Shown one piece after another: positions 49,912-59,614 of a DNA stretch of 64,000 nucleotides. The notes below the pieces were generated by a model that was not told the origin of the DNA, made no database searches, and worked only from the letters and a program-made list of their open reading frames with translations. The position numbers were made by a program, and so were the translations under genes. Origin of the DNA: an uncultured Methanosarcinales archaeon (lineage in GTDB: Archaea; Nanobdellota; Nanobdellia; Woesearchaeales; UBA12501); assembly GCA_964459835.1 (NCBI GenBank), contig CAYWPA010000002.1, positions 48,711 through 112,710 of the forward strand. The letters run 5' to 3'. Position 1 is the first letter of the stretch. Every line of letters starts with the position of its first letter.

Positions 49912-50853
49912 ATGCTTAAGGTTTATGTAAAAAGGGGTGTCAAGGTAGAAGAAGGCTCTATTTCTGCAATTAAATCAAAAGGCGTTGTCTGGATAGACGC
50001 TTTAAACCCAACAGCAGAAGAGCTTGACAAGCTAAAAAACGAAACAAACATCCCTTTAAATCTTCTTAAAATTTACACAGATGAATCTGTTCGCGCACAT
50101 GTAATCAAGTATGAAAAGTTTGCAAATATCATATTTGCCGCTCCTTATGAGGGCATTGCGAAAAAAACAACACCTATCATAATTTTTACATTTGGAAACA
50201 ATAATATTTTAACATTAAGAACAAAAGATGTTGATTCTATAGCTTCATTCAAAAAAAGAATAAAAGAAGAAGGCACTATTTCTTTTGACTCTCCATCAAC
50301 ATTCCTTCATACTTTTTTGGATGAGATTGTTTCAAACTATTTTAAAGTGTTTGATGATATCGAAGAGAAGATCGAGGATGTTGAGCATATAGTTTTAAAA
50401 AAGCCGACAAAAAGCAACCTTGAAAAAATATTTGAAGTTAAAAAATCGCTGATTTTCCTGCATAAGGCTTTAAGTGCAAACAGGGAGGCAATAACAAGCA
50501 TTGAAAAAGGATTTGTAAAAAAACTATCCCTGGCAGATTCGCGGTATTTTAGGGATTTATACCAGGATATTGTGCAGCTTATTGATATAGAGGAAACTTA
50601 CAGGGATATATTGACCGGTGTTATAGACATACACCTATCTTCAATTTCAAACAACATAAACGACGTCATGAGAAAGCTTACTGTTTATGGTTCTTTTGTC
50701 CTGGTCCCGACTCTAATATCCAGCATATACGGCATGAACTTTCATTTCATGCCTGAAATACCATGGAAGTACGGCTATACATTTGCGCTTTCTATCATGG
50801 TTATTTCTATAACTCTGCTTTATATTTACTTTAAGAATAAAGAATGGATATAA
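49912..50853 (+). CDS. corA: CorA-family Mg2+/Co2+ transporter
   Basis: C-terminal two TM helices with a YGMNF (GMN) motif. Confidence 0.75.
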   Translation: MLKVYVKRGVKVEEGSISAIKSKGVVWIDALNPTAEELDKLKNETNIPLNLLKIYTDESVRAHVIKYEKFANIIFAAPYEGIAKKTTPIIIFTFGNNNILTLRTKDVDSIASFKKRIKEEGTISFDSPSTFLHTFLDEIVSNYFKVFDDIEEKIEDVEHIVLKKPTKSNLEKIFEVKKSLIFLHKALSANREAITSIEKGFVKKLSLADSRYFRDLYQDIVQLIDIEETYRDILTGVIDIHLSSISNNINDVMRKLTVYGSFVLVPTLISSIYGMNFHFMPEIPWKYGYTFALSIMVISITLLYIYFKNKEWI

Positions 50854-50920
50854 TTTAATGATACAAGAATAATAAAATAAATGTAAAATAATATAAACAT
50901 ATGGCAATAATCTCATTCTT

Positions 50921-52015
50921 ATGGCAGAATACCAAGATAAGATTAAGGACCTTGAAGACGAGCTGAAGAAGACAAAATACAACAAGAGAACGCAGCATCA
51001 TGTAGGCTTGGTAAAGGCCAAGCTGGCTATTCTCAAGGAAAAGGAGATAAAAAGAAGCGCAGGCAAGAAAGGAGAAGGGTTTTCTGTAAGGAAGTCAGGG
51101 GATGCAACCGTTGTTTTGGTTGGATTTCCGTCTGTTGGAAAATCATCTTTGCTAAATGCACTAACAAAGGCAAACTCTCCTGTAGGGGCATATGCTTTCA
51201 CAACTTTAGATGTAATTCCCGGCCTATTGGAGTACAAGCATGCTAAAATACAGGTTCTTGATGTTCCTGGAATTGTCTACGGAGCTGCAACAGGAAGAGG
51301 GAGGGGAAGGGAAGTTCTTGCAGTCATGAGAAGCGCTGACATGGTTTTAATATTAATAGACGTGCATCATCCAGAGCATCTGGAGGCTCTGAAAAAAGAG
51401 ATCTTTGATTCTGGACTAAGAATCAACCAGCAGCTTCCTGACATGAAAATTGCAAAGAAGAGCAAGGGAGGATTAAGCATTGCAACGACAACAAAGCTTA
51501 CCAATACTGACAAAGAGACTATCGCAGACATAATAAAGGAATTCCGAACTTTTAATGCGGATGTTGTCATCAGGCAGGATATAACGCAGGACCAGGTCAT
51601 TGATGTTATCGAGGGAAACAAAGTTTATCTTCCTGCTTTGGTTCTTTTGAATAAGATAGATATGGTTGGCAATGATGAATTAGAGAGGATCAAGAAAAAA
51701 GTAAGGCCTGACTTGTGCGTCTCTGCGCAAGACAAAACAAACATTGAAGAGCTGAAAGACATGATTTTTAATACATTGGATTTAATGAGGGTTTACTGCA
51801 AGGAATCCGGAAAAAAGGCAGATTTGGATGTTCCGCTTATAATGAAATCAGGCTCTACACTAAAAGACATGTGCGAGAAGCTGCACAAGGACTTTATTAC
51901 AAAGTTCAAGTTTGCTAGAATTTGGGGGCCATCAGCAAAGTTCGGAGGCCAAAAGCTGCTGAAGCTGGGCCATGTGCTGAAGGATAAAGATACGGTAGAG
52001 ATGCATTTAAGGTGA
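50921..52015 (+). CDS. drg: DRG-family GTPase (Obg-like, C-terminal TGS domain)
   Basis: G1 GFPSVGKSSLLN, G3 DVPG, G4 NKID, and a C-terminal TGS-like region. Confidence 0.8.
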   Translation: MAEYQDKIKDLEDELKKTKYNKRTQHHVGLVKAKLAILKEKEIKRSAGKKGEGFSVRKSGDATVVLVGFPSVGKSSLLNALTKANSPVGAYAFTTLDVIPGLLEYKHAKIQVLDVPGIVYGAATGRGRGREVLAVMRSADMVLILIDVHHPEHLEALKKEIFDSGLRINQQLPDMKIAKKSKGGLSIATTTKLTNTDKETIADIIKEFRTFNADVVIRQDITQDQVIDVIEGNKVYLPALVLLNKIDMVGNDELERIKKKVRPDLCVSAQDKTNIEELKDMIFNTLDLMRVYCKESGKKADLDVPLIMKSGSTLKDMCEKLHKDFITKFKFARIWGPSAKFGGQKLLKLGHVLKDKDTVEMHLR

Positions 52016-54646
52016 TTACCTTGCCTTTTCTAATTCCATCTTCTCTCTTATAAACTTGAATATTTCGCCGAAGATAAAGACGCTTGATGCAACTGCTACT
52101 GTAATCAGCCAGTCAAATCTTGTCATTGGGATTGTCTTGAAGTAGACATTCAATGGAGTGTGGATTACTATAATCTGCAGCAAAATTGAAGTTCCTATTG
52201 CCCCTATCAAATGAAGGTTTGAGAAAACTCCAAGCTTGAACAGGCTTTTTCTTTCGCTCCTGCAGTTCAATACGTTGAACATCTGGAACATCATCAAAGT
52301 TGTAAAGGCAACTGTCTGCGCATACCTTAGGTTTTCCTCAGGTCCGTACATCTTGAAAACAAACAATGTTCCAAGCATCATAATAATGCCTGTGATAAAA
52401 ATATAAAACTCCCCGAATGTGTCAATTATTTTGGCCTTAGGCTTTCTTGGGGGCCTTTCCATTATGCCTTTCTCTTCAGGCTCTACTCCCAAAGCAAGTG
52501 CAGGCAGGCCGTCTGTAACCAAATTAATCCACAGAATCTGGATAGGTATAAGCGGAAGCATTGTTCCTCCATTTCTTCCTGTAAAGATTAGTATTGCCAT
52601 AAAAATAGTGAGGATTTCTCCTATATTGCTTGAGATAAGATACTCAACAAACTTCCTTATATTGTCAAATATGCTTCTTCCCTCTTCAACAGCATTAACA
52701 ATGGATGTAAAGTTATCATCAGTTAATATCATATCAGATGCTTCTTTTGCAACATCTGTTCCTGTAATGCCCATTGAAATCCCTATGTCTGCCTTTTTCA
52801 AAGCAGGAGCATCATTTACGCCGTCTCCTGTCATTGCAACAATATGGCCTTTTTTCTTCAAAGCGGCTATTATCTTCAGCTTATCTTCTGGATTTACTCT
52901 CGCATAGATTGCAATGTCATTTACTTCCTTGTCCAAATCTATCCCATGCAGCTCTTCTCCTGTTATTGCCTTTCCTTCAATTCCAAGCGCTCTTGCAACA
53001 GCCATCGCAGTTGTTTTATGGTCTCCTGTAATCATAACTACTTTAATTCCTGCAGTTTCACATTTTTGTATTGCCAGCTTTACTTCTTCTCTTGGCGGGT
53101 CAATCATGCCCTGCAGTCCGACAAAAATCAAATCTTTTTCTGTAAAATTCCCTTTAACATCTTTGTAGGCAAAACCCATGACCCTTAATGCATTGTCTGC
53201 AAACTCCTCATTTATTTTCAGAATCTCCTTTTTCTTTTGCGGTGTTAATTCCTTAACTTTTCCATTTACAATAATTTTTGAGCATAATTTAAGTATAACA
53301 TCAGGAGCGCCTTTCATATATGCAGCTTTATTCCCATTAATTTTATGTATAGTAGCCATCCTTTTTCTTTCAGAGCTAAAAGGTATCTCTTCCAATCTTC
53401 TGTGCTTGATATCAAGATTTTCCTTGTACAGCCCATTCTTTGCTGCGCTTACAATCAACGCGCCTTCAGTAGGGTCTCCGACTACCTCATATCCTTTGTC
53501 TTCTTTCAGCGTGGCATTATTGTTCAAAGCCCCTATCTGAAGCAATAATCCAAGGTCTTTTGGTTTGCTTGAGAAATCCCCTTTAGACTCATAGCCAGAG
53601 CCAGAAACATCGATAATTTCATCGTCAACATAAACTTTGGTAACAGTCATTTGGTTATGCGTAAGGGTACCTGTCTTATCGCTGCATATTACTGTTGTGC
53701 AGCCAAGGGTTTCTACAGAAGGCAGCTTTCTGACAAGGGCATGCCTTTTGATCATCCTTTGCACTCCTAGTGCCATGCATATTGTTACCACAATGGGCAG
53801 CCCTTCTGGGATTGCAGCTACTGCCAAGCTTACAGCAGCAAGGAACATGTCAAGCAGCGGATTTCCTTTTAATACTCCAACGCCAAAAACAACTATACAG
53901 ATAATTATAGTTAAAGCACCAAGCCGTCTTGCCAATGCCTTTAATTTTTTCTGTAGCGGAGTCAATTCTTCTTTTGTTATTTGAATAAGGTGCGCAATGC
54001 TTCCTATCTGCGTCTGCATTCCTGTTCCTACTACTAATGCTTTTCCTACTCCGTCTGTGATTACAGTGCCTGAGAAAATCATGTTATGCCTGTCAGCAAC
54101 AGGTGTTTTTTCTGCCAATATTGCAATTTCTTTTTTTACAGGCGTTGACTCTCCTGTTAATGCAGCCTCCTGTGTATAAAGAGACGAAATCTCTATAAGC
54201 CTTGCATCAGCAGGAATCTTTTCCCCTGCTTCCAGGATCAAGATATCGCCGGTAACAACTTCTTTTGAATCAATCTGGACTTTTTTTCCGTTCCTCAGCA
54301 CAACTGTCTTAAGGGAGGCCATTTTTTTTAGGGCATCTATTGCTTTTTCAGCCTTGTATTCCTGTACAAAGCCAAGGACAGCATTAAGCACAAGTATAAT
54401 GCCGATTACAATAGCATCAAGGTCTTCTCCTACAAACAATGAAATAGCCACTGCTGCAAGAAGTATCCATACAATTGGGCTGGCAAACTGCGAGATGAAT
54501 ATTTTCAGAGGGCTTATCTTTTCCTTTTCTTCCAGCTGGTTTAGCCCGTATTTTTCCAGCCTTTTCTTTGCCTCAAACTCTGACAGTCCGTTAGGGCCTG
54601 TAGCAAATTCTTTATACAGCTCCTCTGATTTTTTAGTATGATACAT
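52016..54646 (-). CDS. P-type cation-transporting ATPase (Ca2+/Na+-K+ subtype-like)
   Basis: DKTGTLT phosphorylation site, TGDHKTTA, GDGVNDAPALKKADIG hinge, and ~10 TM helices. Confidence 0.9.
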   Translation of the reverse strand: MYHTKKSEELYKEFATGPNGLSEFEAKKRLEKYGLNQLEEKEKISPLKIFISQFASPIVWILLAAVAISLFVGEDLDAIVIGIILVLNAVLGFVQEYKAEKAIDALKKMASLKTVVLRNGKKVQIDSKEVVTGDILILEAGEKIPADARLIEISSLYTQEAALTGESTPVKKEIAILAEKTPVADRHNMIFSGTVITDGVGKALVVGTGMQTQIGSIAHLIQITKEELTPLQKKLKALARRLGALTIIICIVVFGVGVLKGNPLLDMFLAAVSLAVAAIPEGLPIVVTICMALGVQRMIKRHALVRKLPSVETLGCTTVICSDKTGTLTHNQMTVTKVYVDDEIIDVSGSGYESKGDFSSKPKDLGLLLQIGALNNNATLKEDKGYEVVGDPTEGALIVSAAKNGLYKENLDIKHRRLEEIPFSSERKRMATIHKINGNKAAYMKGAPDVILKLCSKIIVNGKVKELTPQKKKEILKINEEFADNALRVMGFAYKDVKGNFTEKDLIFVGLQGMIDPPREEVKLAIQKCETAGIKVVMITGDHKTTAMAVARALGIEGKAITGEELHGIDLDKEVNDIAIYARVNPEDKLKIIAALKKKGHIVAMTGDGVNDAPALKKADIGISMGITGTDVAKEASDMILTDDNFTSIVNAVEEGRSIFDNIRKFVEYLISSNIGEILTIFMAILIFTGRNGGTMLPLIPIQILWINLVTDGLPALALGVEPEEKGIMERPPRKPKAKIIDTFGEFYIFITGIIMMLGTLFVFKMYGPEENLRYAQTVAFTTLMMFQMFNVLNCRSERKSLFKLGVFSNLHLIGAIGTSILLQIIVIHTPLNVYFKTIPMTRFDWLITVAVASSVFIFGEIFKFIREKMELEKAR

Positions 54647-54714
54647 TGTTTAGCTTCTTTTTACAAGTATCCTGAACGTCAGCCTTTCAATAAAGTCAAC
54701 ATGTATGCTTCTTT

Positions 54715-55035
54715 TCATTCCAATTGCCTCCTGGTTCCTATCTTCAGGTCTTTCAGGTTAGAAAGGAAGTACTCAAGGCAGTCTGTTGCACAGAAGGTTG
54801 CCTTCTTTTTCAGGTCTTCAGGCCCAAACATCAATGTAAAGTTGTTCATGCTGTATCTGTCAATCCTGCTGTTGCATGTTGTGCAGTATATGTTGTGCTT
54901 CTTAAGCTCATCCTTTATTTTAGTCTCTACTACCTTCTTTATCTCTAAAGCACCGTTGTGCTCTATATCCCTTACCATGTTTGTAAGCTCATTGAAGTCA
55001 ATAAGCTCCACTACCTCATCGAATCTCCTTTTCAC
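54715..55035 (-). CDS. zinc-ribbon hypothetical protein (106 aa)
   Basis: CTTC...C...C spacing; unknown family. Confidence 0.35.
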   Translation of the reverse strand: MKRRFDEVVELIDFNELTNMVRDIEHNGALEIKKVVETKIKDELKKHNIYCTTCNSRIDRYSMNNFTLMFGPEDLKKKATFCATDCLEYFLSNLKDLKIGTRRQLE

Positions 55036-55039
55036 TTTT

Positions 55040-56317
55040 TCACCTCTCTATTTTTACTTTGTCCATTAATTTTGGAACATAAACATTGTAGTCAAGCATC
55101 CTTGCCCATTCAGCCAAGCAGTCTTCTGCTTTGGGGTCGCCATGCAGCAATACAAGATGCTCGGGATTTGCTTTTTTGATCAGGCTTTTTGTTTCCTTTA
55201 ATCCGGAATGCGCAGAAAAGTCAAAATTTTCCACAAAACAGAGGGCTTTCTTTTTGTAGCCGTCAATAAAAACTGATTTTTCATCCATCAGCAGCCTTCC
55301 GTTTGTGTGCTCTCCCTGGTAGCCTGTCAGCAATACTGAATTTTTTTGGTCAAAGTACATATGCTTCAGATAGTCCATTACAGGCCCTCCTGTCAGCATT
55401 CCTGATGTAGTTATGAAAACTCCCTGCTTCTTTACAATGTTCTCTCTTTGCTTTCCTCCCTTCACCAGCCTTACCTTGCTGTATGCCTTTCTCAGCATTT
55501 TTGCGTCCTTTATTGACTGCGGCTCTTTAAGAATAATATCTGTAGCTTCCTTTGCCATTCCGTCAAGATAAACAGGAGCATCTAATTTTAACTGAGAGAG
55601 AAGCAGCATAATTTCCTGTGCTCTTCCAACGGCAAAGCATGGGATTAATACACTTCCGCCATTGTTTACTGTCTCTGCAACCTTATCAAGGAACTCCTTC
55701 TCAACCTTTTTTCTTGGAGGATGATCTCTGTCTCCGTAAGTTGATTCTGTTATCAATACATCTACCTCACCAAAGCTTGTGTCTGCTTCTTTCATCAATT
55801 GAGTTTCCTGCAGGTTAATATCTCCTGTATAAAGCAGAGATTTATTGTCTGCATTTACAAGAATTGTTGAGCTTCCAGGAATATGGCCTGCAGGGTAGAA
55901 CGTGAAGTTTACATCCAGAACTTTTCCTGACTCTTTCTGCCTTATTCTTTTTACGCAATTCAGTATCTTCTGTATGTCTTCCTCAAAATATCCCAATTCC
56001 TCGTGCTTAAATCTTCCAATCTTGAACGCGTCTTCCAGCAGGACTTTTGTCAATTTTTTTGTCATTGAGGTTGCATAAATCGGGCAGTACAATCCCTGAT
56101 GATCAAACAAAGGCAGGGCTCCTGTATGGTCCAAATGCGCATGGCTTATCAGCACTGCATCAATCTCTGAAAGATTCTGCATTCCGACAGGAAACTCGCT
56201 TAGGCTTTCTGTCAATTTTAAGCCTGCATCAAGAAGAATTCTTGTTGATTTTTTTGTTTCTAATTCAATGCAGCTCCTTCCTATTTCCATTGCAGCGCCA
56301 TGGAAAGTCAATTTCAT
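55040..56317 (-). CDS. beta-CASP/metallo-beta-lactamase ribonuclease (aCPSF2-like, no KH domains)
   Basis: ISHAHLDHTGALP (HxHxDH) and beta-CASP motifs. Confidence 0.8.
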   Translation of the reverse strand: MKLTFHGAAMEIGRSCIELETKKSTRILLDAGLKLTESLSEFPVGMQNLSEIDAVLISHAHLDHTGALPLFDHQGLYCPIYATSMTKKLTKVLLEDAFKIGRFKHEELGYFEEDIQKILNCVKRIRQKESGKVLDVNFTFYPAGHIPGSSTILVNADNKSLLYTGDINLQETQLMKEADTSFGEVDVLITESTYGDRDHPPRKKVEKEFLDKVAETVNNGGSVLIPCFAVGRAQEIMLLLSQLKLDAPVYLDGMAKEATDIILKEPQSIKDAKMLRKAYSKVRLVKGGKQRENIVKKQGVFITTSGMLTGGPVMDYLKHMYFDQKNSVLLTGYQGEHTNGRLLMDEKSVFIDGYKKKALCFVENFDFSAHSGLKETKSLIKKANPEHLVLLHGDPKAEDCLAEWARMLDYNVYVPKLMDKVKIER

Positions 56318-56496
56318 TTCTTTCCACCTCTTTTTCCCCTTTCCTCAAACTCTACGTACCATCTTTGCGTTGCCTTGTCATACTTGAACACCACATCGTG
56401 CTTTTTGGAGGGATCCAGCGCAAAGAGGAGCGGCATAGGTATGGTTGTCTCAAAACTGCTTCCTCTCTTGTAAAGCCGCCTTCTTATCTCGGTCAT
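56314..56496 (-). CDS. AbrB/MazE-like swapped-hairpin small DNA-binding protein (60 aa)
   Basis: RLYKRGSSFETTIPMPL resembles the AbrB/SpoVT fold signature. Overlaps the beta-CASP start by ATGA. Confidence 0.4.
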   Translation of the reverse strand: MTEIRRRLYKRGSSFETTIPMPLLFALDPSKKHDVVFKYDKATQRWYVEFEERGKRGGKK

Positions 56497-56654
56497 TTTC
56501 TGGATACTTATATTTATCTTTATTTTTATACTATTCTATTTATAAATATTTCTATTCTTTTATATACTTAAGAAAATACTTATATATTAAGGATTATTTG
56601 GGAGTAGTATATTAAAGAAAGCTTTATTAACTAGGCTTTATTCCCCACATTAGC

Positions 56655-57338
56655 ATGACTTTAGAAGCAACTCTTGGAGTAATGAATGCGGTTGAAGGCA
56701 ATAAGAACTTACAACTAGGATTTTTCAACGTGCTTTCTGAATTAACTGGCCTTCAAGTAGGTGTAGGAAATATGTCTTATAAATCAAACGGTGTTCAAGC
56801 GGGGTTGTTAAATCAGTCTTATAAATCAAACGGTGTTCAAGTAGGATTTGCAAACATGACTTCTGATGCGACTTCTGATTCTAAAAAAACTACAAAAGAA
56901 CAAATTAATGGATATTCTAATGGAATGCAAGCCGGGTTATTCAATTTTGCTGGTGTATCAAAAGGGCTCCAAATTGGCGTAGCTAATATAGCTAAATGCA
57001 CTTATGGTGTTCAGCTAGGTTTATTTAATGAATCTTATACTTATCATCCTGAAGAAATAGAAGAAACAAAAGGTGTTCAGATTGGTCCTTTTAATTCTAT
57101 TAAAAAAGGAAAGGGATTTCAGTTTGGAGTTATCGATTTTGCTAAAAGACTTAAAGGTGTTCAGCTTGGTTTAGTTGATGTTGTTAAAAGAGAATTTGAT
57201 GGATTGCAAGTTGGCGGAATCTGTTACGCAGCTGAAGGTACATATTTGCAATTAGGTGTATTGACTTTAAGAACAGAAGGACGATGGTATTCAAGGATAA
57301 CTCCTTTAGTTGGTTATCATTCAAGGCCTAAAAAATAA
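56655..57338 (+). CDS. repeat protein with ~10 copies of a G-[VLM]-Q-x-G-[LFV]-x-N motif
   Basis: Repeats GLQVGVGN, GVQAGLLN, GVQVGFAN, GMQAGLFN, GLQIGVAN, GVQLGLFN, GVQIGPFN, GFQFGVID, GVQLGLVD, GLQVGGIC. AT-rich codon usage; no SP called. Confidence 0.5.
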   Translation: MTLEATLGVMNAVEGNKNLQLGFFNVLSELTGLQVGVGNMSYKSNGVQAGLLNQSYKSNGVQVGFANMTSDATSDSKKTTKEQINGYSNGMQAGLFNFAGVSKGLQIGVANIAKCTYGVQLGLFNESYTYHPEEIEETKGVQIGPFNSIKKGKGFQFGVIDFAKRLKGVQLGLVDVVKREFDGLQVGGICYAAEGTYLQLGVLTLRTEGRWYSRITPLVGYHSRPKK

Positions 57339-57380
57339 TTTTCAGAAACTATATAAACAAATCTTTTTTTCTTTTACTTT

Positions 57381-58193
57381 ATGAAACTAGCCATTATCGT
57401 TTCTACTAAAGACCCTGCAGGAATGAACATAAAGGAACGGCTTTTAGAGACAGGAAAATTCAAGGAAACAGCAGAGTGGAAAGGCCACAAAATCTACGAG
57501 TACAACAAAGACTGCCATCTTTACACAACAGATACTGATTCAATAAGGAATGAAGACATTGACAAGGAAATAAAAGCAGACTTTTTTCTTTTTGCAACAA
57601 AGCACAGCTCTTCTGCAGGCGTAAGATCATTAAGCGTGCATTCGATCGGAAACTGGGGCAAGGCAGAATATGGAGGAAAAGATAAATCATTGGTTTTTTC
57701 AGATGGAAATTTGTTAAGATATTCTTTATTTCTACTTGAAGAATTAAATAATTTAGAAATAGAAACAATCCAAGAAGTCACTCATCACGGCCCTTATTTA
57801 GAAAAGCCAACAATGTTCATTGAAATAGGAAGTGAAGAAAAAGGGTGGAAAGACAAGAAAGCAGCAGAAATTCTGGCAAAAGCAATAATCAATGTTGTTG
57901 AAACTTTGCAGCAAAATAAATTGCCGAAATTTACAATTGCTTTTGGCATTGGAGGCCTGCATCACTCCCCTATCTTTACTTCTATAATGCATAAAACTGA
58001 TTTAGCCTTCTCCCATATCTGCCCAAAATACAATCTTGAAAACTTGAGTATAGAACTAATAAAGGAGGCAATGGAAAAGGGAAAGGCAGAGTTAGTTGTT
58101 CTGGACTGGAAAGGCTTAGGGAAGGAAAAGCAGCGCATAGTGGAAATGTTAGATAAAAACAATATTACTTACAAAAGAAGCAAAGACCTTTAG
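57381..58193 (+). CDS. dtdA: archaeal D-aminoacyl-tRNA deacylase (DtdA)
   Basis: End-to-end similarity to the Pyrococcus DtdA pattern (KDPAGMNI..., HSIGNWGKAEYGGKD, THHGP, IAFGIGGLHHSP, VLDWKG). Confidence 0.7.
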   Translation: MKLAIIVSTKDPAGMNIKERLLETGKFKETAEWKGHKIYEYNKDCHLYTTDTDSIRNEDIDKEIKADFFLFATKHSSSAGVRSLSVHSIGNWGKAEYGGKDKSLVFSDGNLLRYSLFLLEELNNLEIETIQEVTHHGPYLEKPTMFIEIGSEEKGWKDKKAAEILAKAIINVVETLQQNKLPKFTIAFGIGGLHHSPIFTSIMHKTDLAFSHICPKYNLENLSIELIKEAMEKGKAELVVLDWKGLGKEKQRIVEMLDKNNITYKRSKDL

Positions 58194-58238
58194 ATTTTTG
58201 CGAGGCTTAATATTTAAAATTAATGTATTTTAAGAAAT

Positions 58239-58997
58239 TCAGGCTTTTTTCTCAGGGCTTGCAGCAGGCTTTCCTTCAACAGGTTTTCCCTCAACAGGCT
58301 TTGCTTCTACAGGCATTAATTCCTTGATGATCTGCATTGGCACTCCGGCTTCTAACATCTTTGCTTTGATAGCTGAAGCAGTCTTTCCTTCCATCTCCTT
58401 CAATATTGCTTTTCCTTTTGCCTCGTACTCAACTCTCTTTGCCTTTATGTCTTCCTCAAGCCTCTTCCTTTCTTCTTCCAATGCTTTAAGCTCTTCTGTT
58501 GAAAGTTCTGTCTTTCCTTTTTCTATCTTTTCCTTAAAAGCTCCCTTGTTGATATCAGCGATAGTTTCTCTTGCAGGCTTTCCCTCAACTAATATTCCCA
58601 TTGAGTCGCATGTCCCTATAATTTCCTTTACTTTTGAAAATTTGTCTTTTCCAAGCAAAGAATCAGCTTTCATTTTTGAAACTTTTATTATCTGCTCAAT
58701 TTTCAAATCAGCAACCTTTTCAAGCTTAGGGTTTGCAGCGCCTTTCTGTACATTTGCCTCTTTTTTTATCAAAGCTGATGTAGGCGGAGTTCCAACTGAT
58801 ATTGTGAAGCTTTTTGTTTCCTTGTCTATTGTTACTTTAACAGGCACCTGCATTCCCTTGAATTCCTGGGTTTTTTTGTTTATTTCTGTAACTACCTGCC
58901 CTATGTTTACTCCTAACGGCCCTAAAGCAGGCCCTAACGGAGGTGCTGCAGTAGCTTTTCCCCCTTCAATCAATGCATCTACGGTTTGAGTTGCCAT
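58239..58997 (-). CDS. rpl11: 50S ribosomal protein L11 with ~90-aa K/E/PVEGK-repeat C-terminal extension
   Basis: GGKATAAPPLGPALGPLGVNI and a conserved C-domain, then KAKRVEYEAKGK...PVEGKPVEGKPAASPEKKA. Confidence 0.8.
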   Translation of the reverse strand: MATQTVDALIEGGKATAAPPLGPALGPLGVNIGQVVTEINKKTQEFKGMQVPVKVTIDKETKSFTISVGTPPTSALIKKEANVQKGAANPKLEKVADLKIEQIIKVSKMKADSLLGKDKFSKVKEIIGTCDSMGILVEGKPARETIADINKGAFKEKIEKGKTELSTEELKALEEERKRLEEDIKAKRVEYEAKGKAILKEMEGKTASAIKAKMLEAGVPMQIIKELMPVEAKPVEGKPVEGKPAASPEKKA

Positions 58998-59066
58998 GTT
59001 TTGCAGGATTTAGAAGTAGTATTTAAAGGTTATTGCCATAGGGCATTGAAAATATTAAATTAATCT

Positions 59067-59100
59067 TAATTATTTTCTATATGGAAAATAAATAGTAAAA
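59067..59100. promoter_or_regulatory. conserved palindromic upstream motif, copy 4 (TAATTATTTTCTATATGGAAAATAAATAG)
   Basis: Lies 70-100 bp upstream of the rpl11 ATG. A separate TATA (RC of AGTAGTATTTAAAGG at 59013-59030) sits at about -25. Confidence 0.5.
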
Positions 59101-59128
59101 CTTCTTTGTCCTAATCGCCTATGGAAGC

Positions 59129-59356
59129 CTAACAGTGCTTCAGAAACTCTTCTCTGCTAATTCCTAAGTTTCTCTTTATAATTTTATTTAGGAGCCCGGG
59201 GCCAATTTCTTCGCCAGAATGGGAAGGGATAGTTGTTCTCCTCCCATCGGTATGTTTGTAAATCATATGGCTTCCTGTTGTATGGCTGTAAGTAAATCCA
59301 AATTTTTCCACTATTTTTGCTAGCTCCTTGCCTGTTAGCTTAGGCAATTTTGCCAA
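59129..59356 (-). CDS. hicA: HicA mRNA-interferase toxin
   Basis: KLTGKELAKIVEKFGF...GSHMIYKHTDGRRTTIPSHSGEEIGPGLLNKIIKRNLGI, HicA (YcfA) family. Confidence 0.75.
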   Translation of the reverse strand: MAKLPKLTGKELAKIVEKFGFTYSHTTGSHMIYKHTDGRRTTIPSHSGEEIGPGLLNKIIKRNLGISREEFLKHC

Positions 59357-59359
59357 GAA

Positions 59360-59569
59360 CTACACCTCTATTTGCTGTACACCGACAAACTGTTCAGATA
59401 TTTCAGGCTCTTCATTGCTTTCTAGATATGCTTTTATCGCCTCTTTTGTTCTTTCGATTAGTTTATCCATATTTTTAGCTTGAGTATGGCAGCCTGGCAA
59501 CCCGACTACCTCAGAAACAAAAAACCCTTCTTCATCTTTTTCAATGATGATAGTGTATTTTTTTGCCAT
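59360..59569 (-). CDS. hicB: HicB antitoxin (UPF0150)
   Basis: MAKKYTIIIEKDEEGFFVSEVVGLPGCHTQAKNMDKLIERTKEAIKAYLE. Start set at MAKKY (the ORF extends to 59611). Confidence 0.7.
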   Translation of the reverse strand: MAKKYTIIIEKDEEGFFVSEVVGLPGCHTQAKNMDKLIERTKEAIKAYLESNEEPEISEQFVGVQQIEV

Positions 59570-59614
59570 AGCAGCTAAATGCAAAGAATAGTATTTAAAT
59601 GTTGTTATCAAGAG

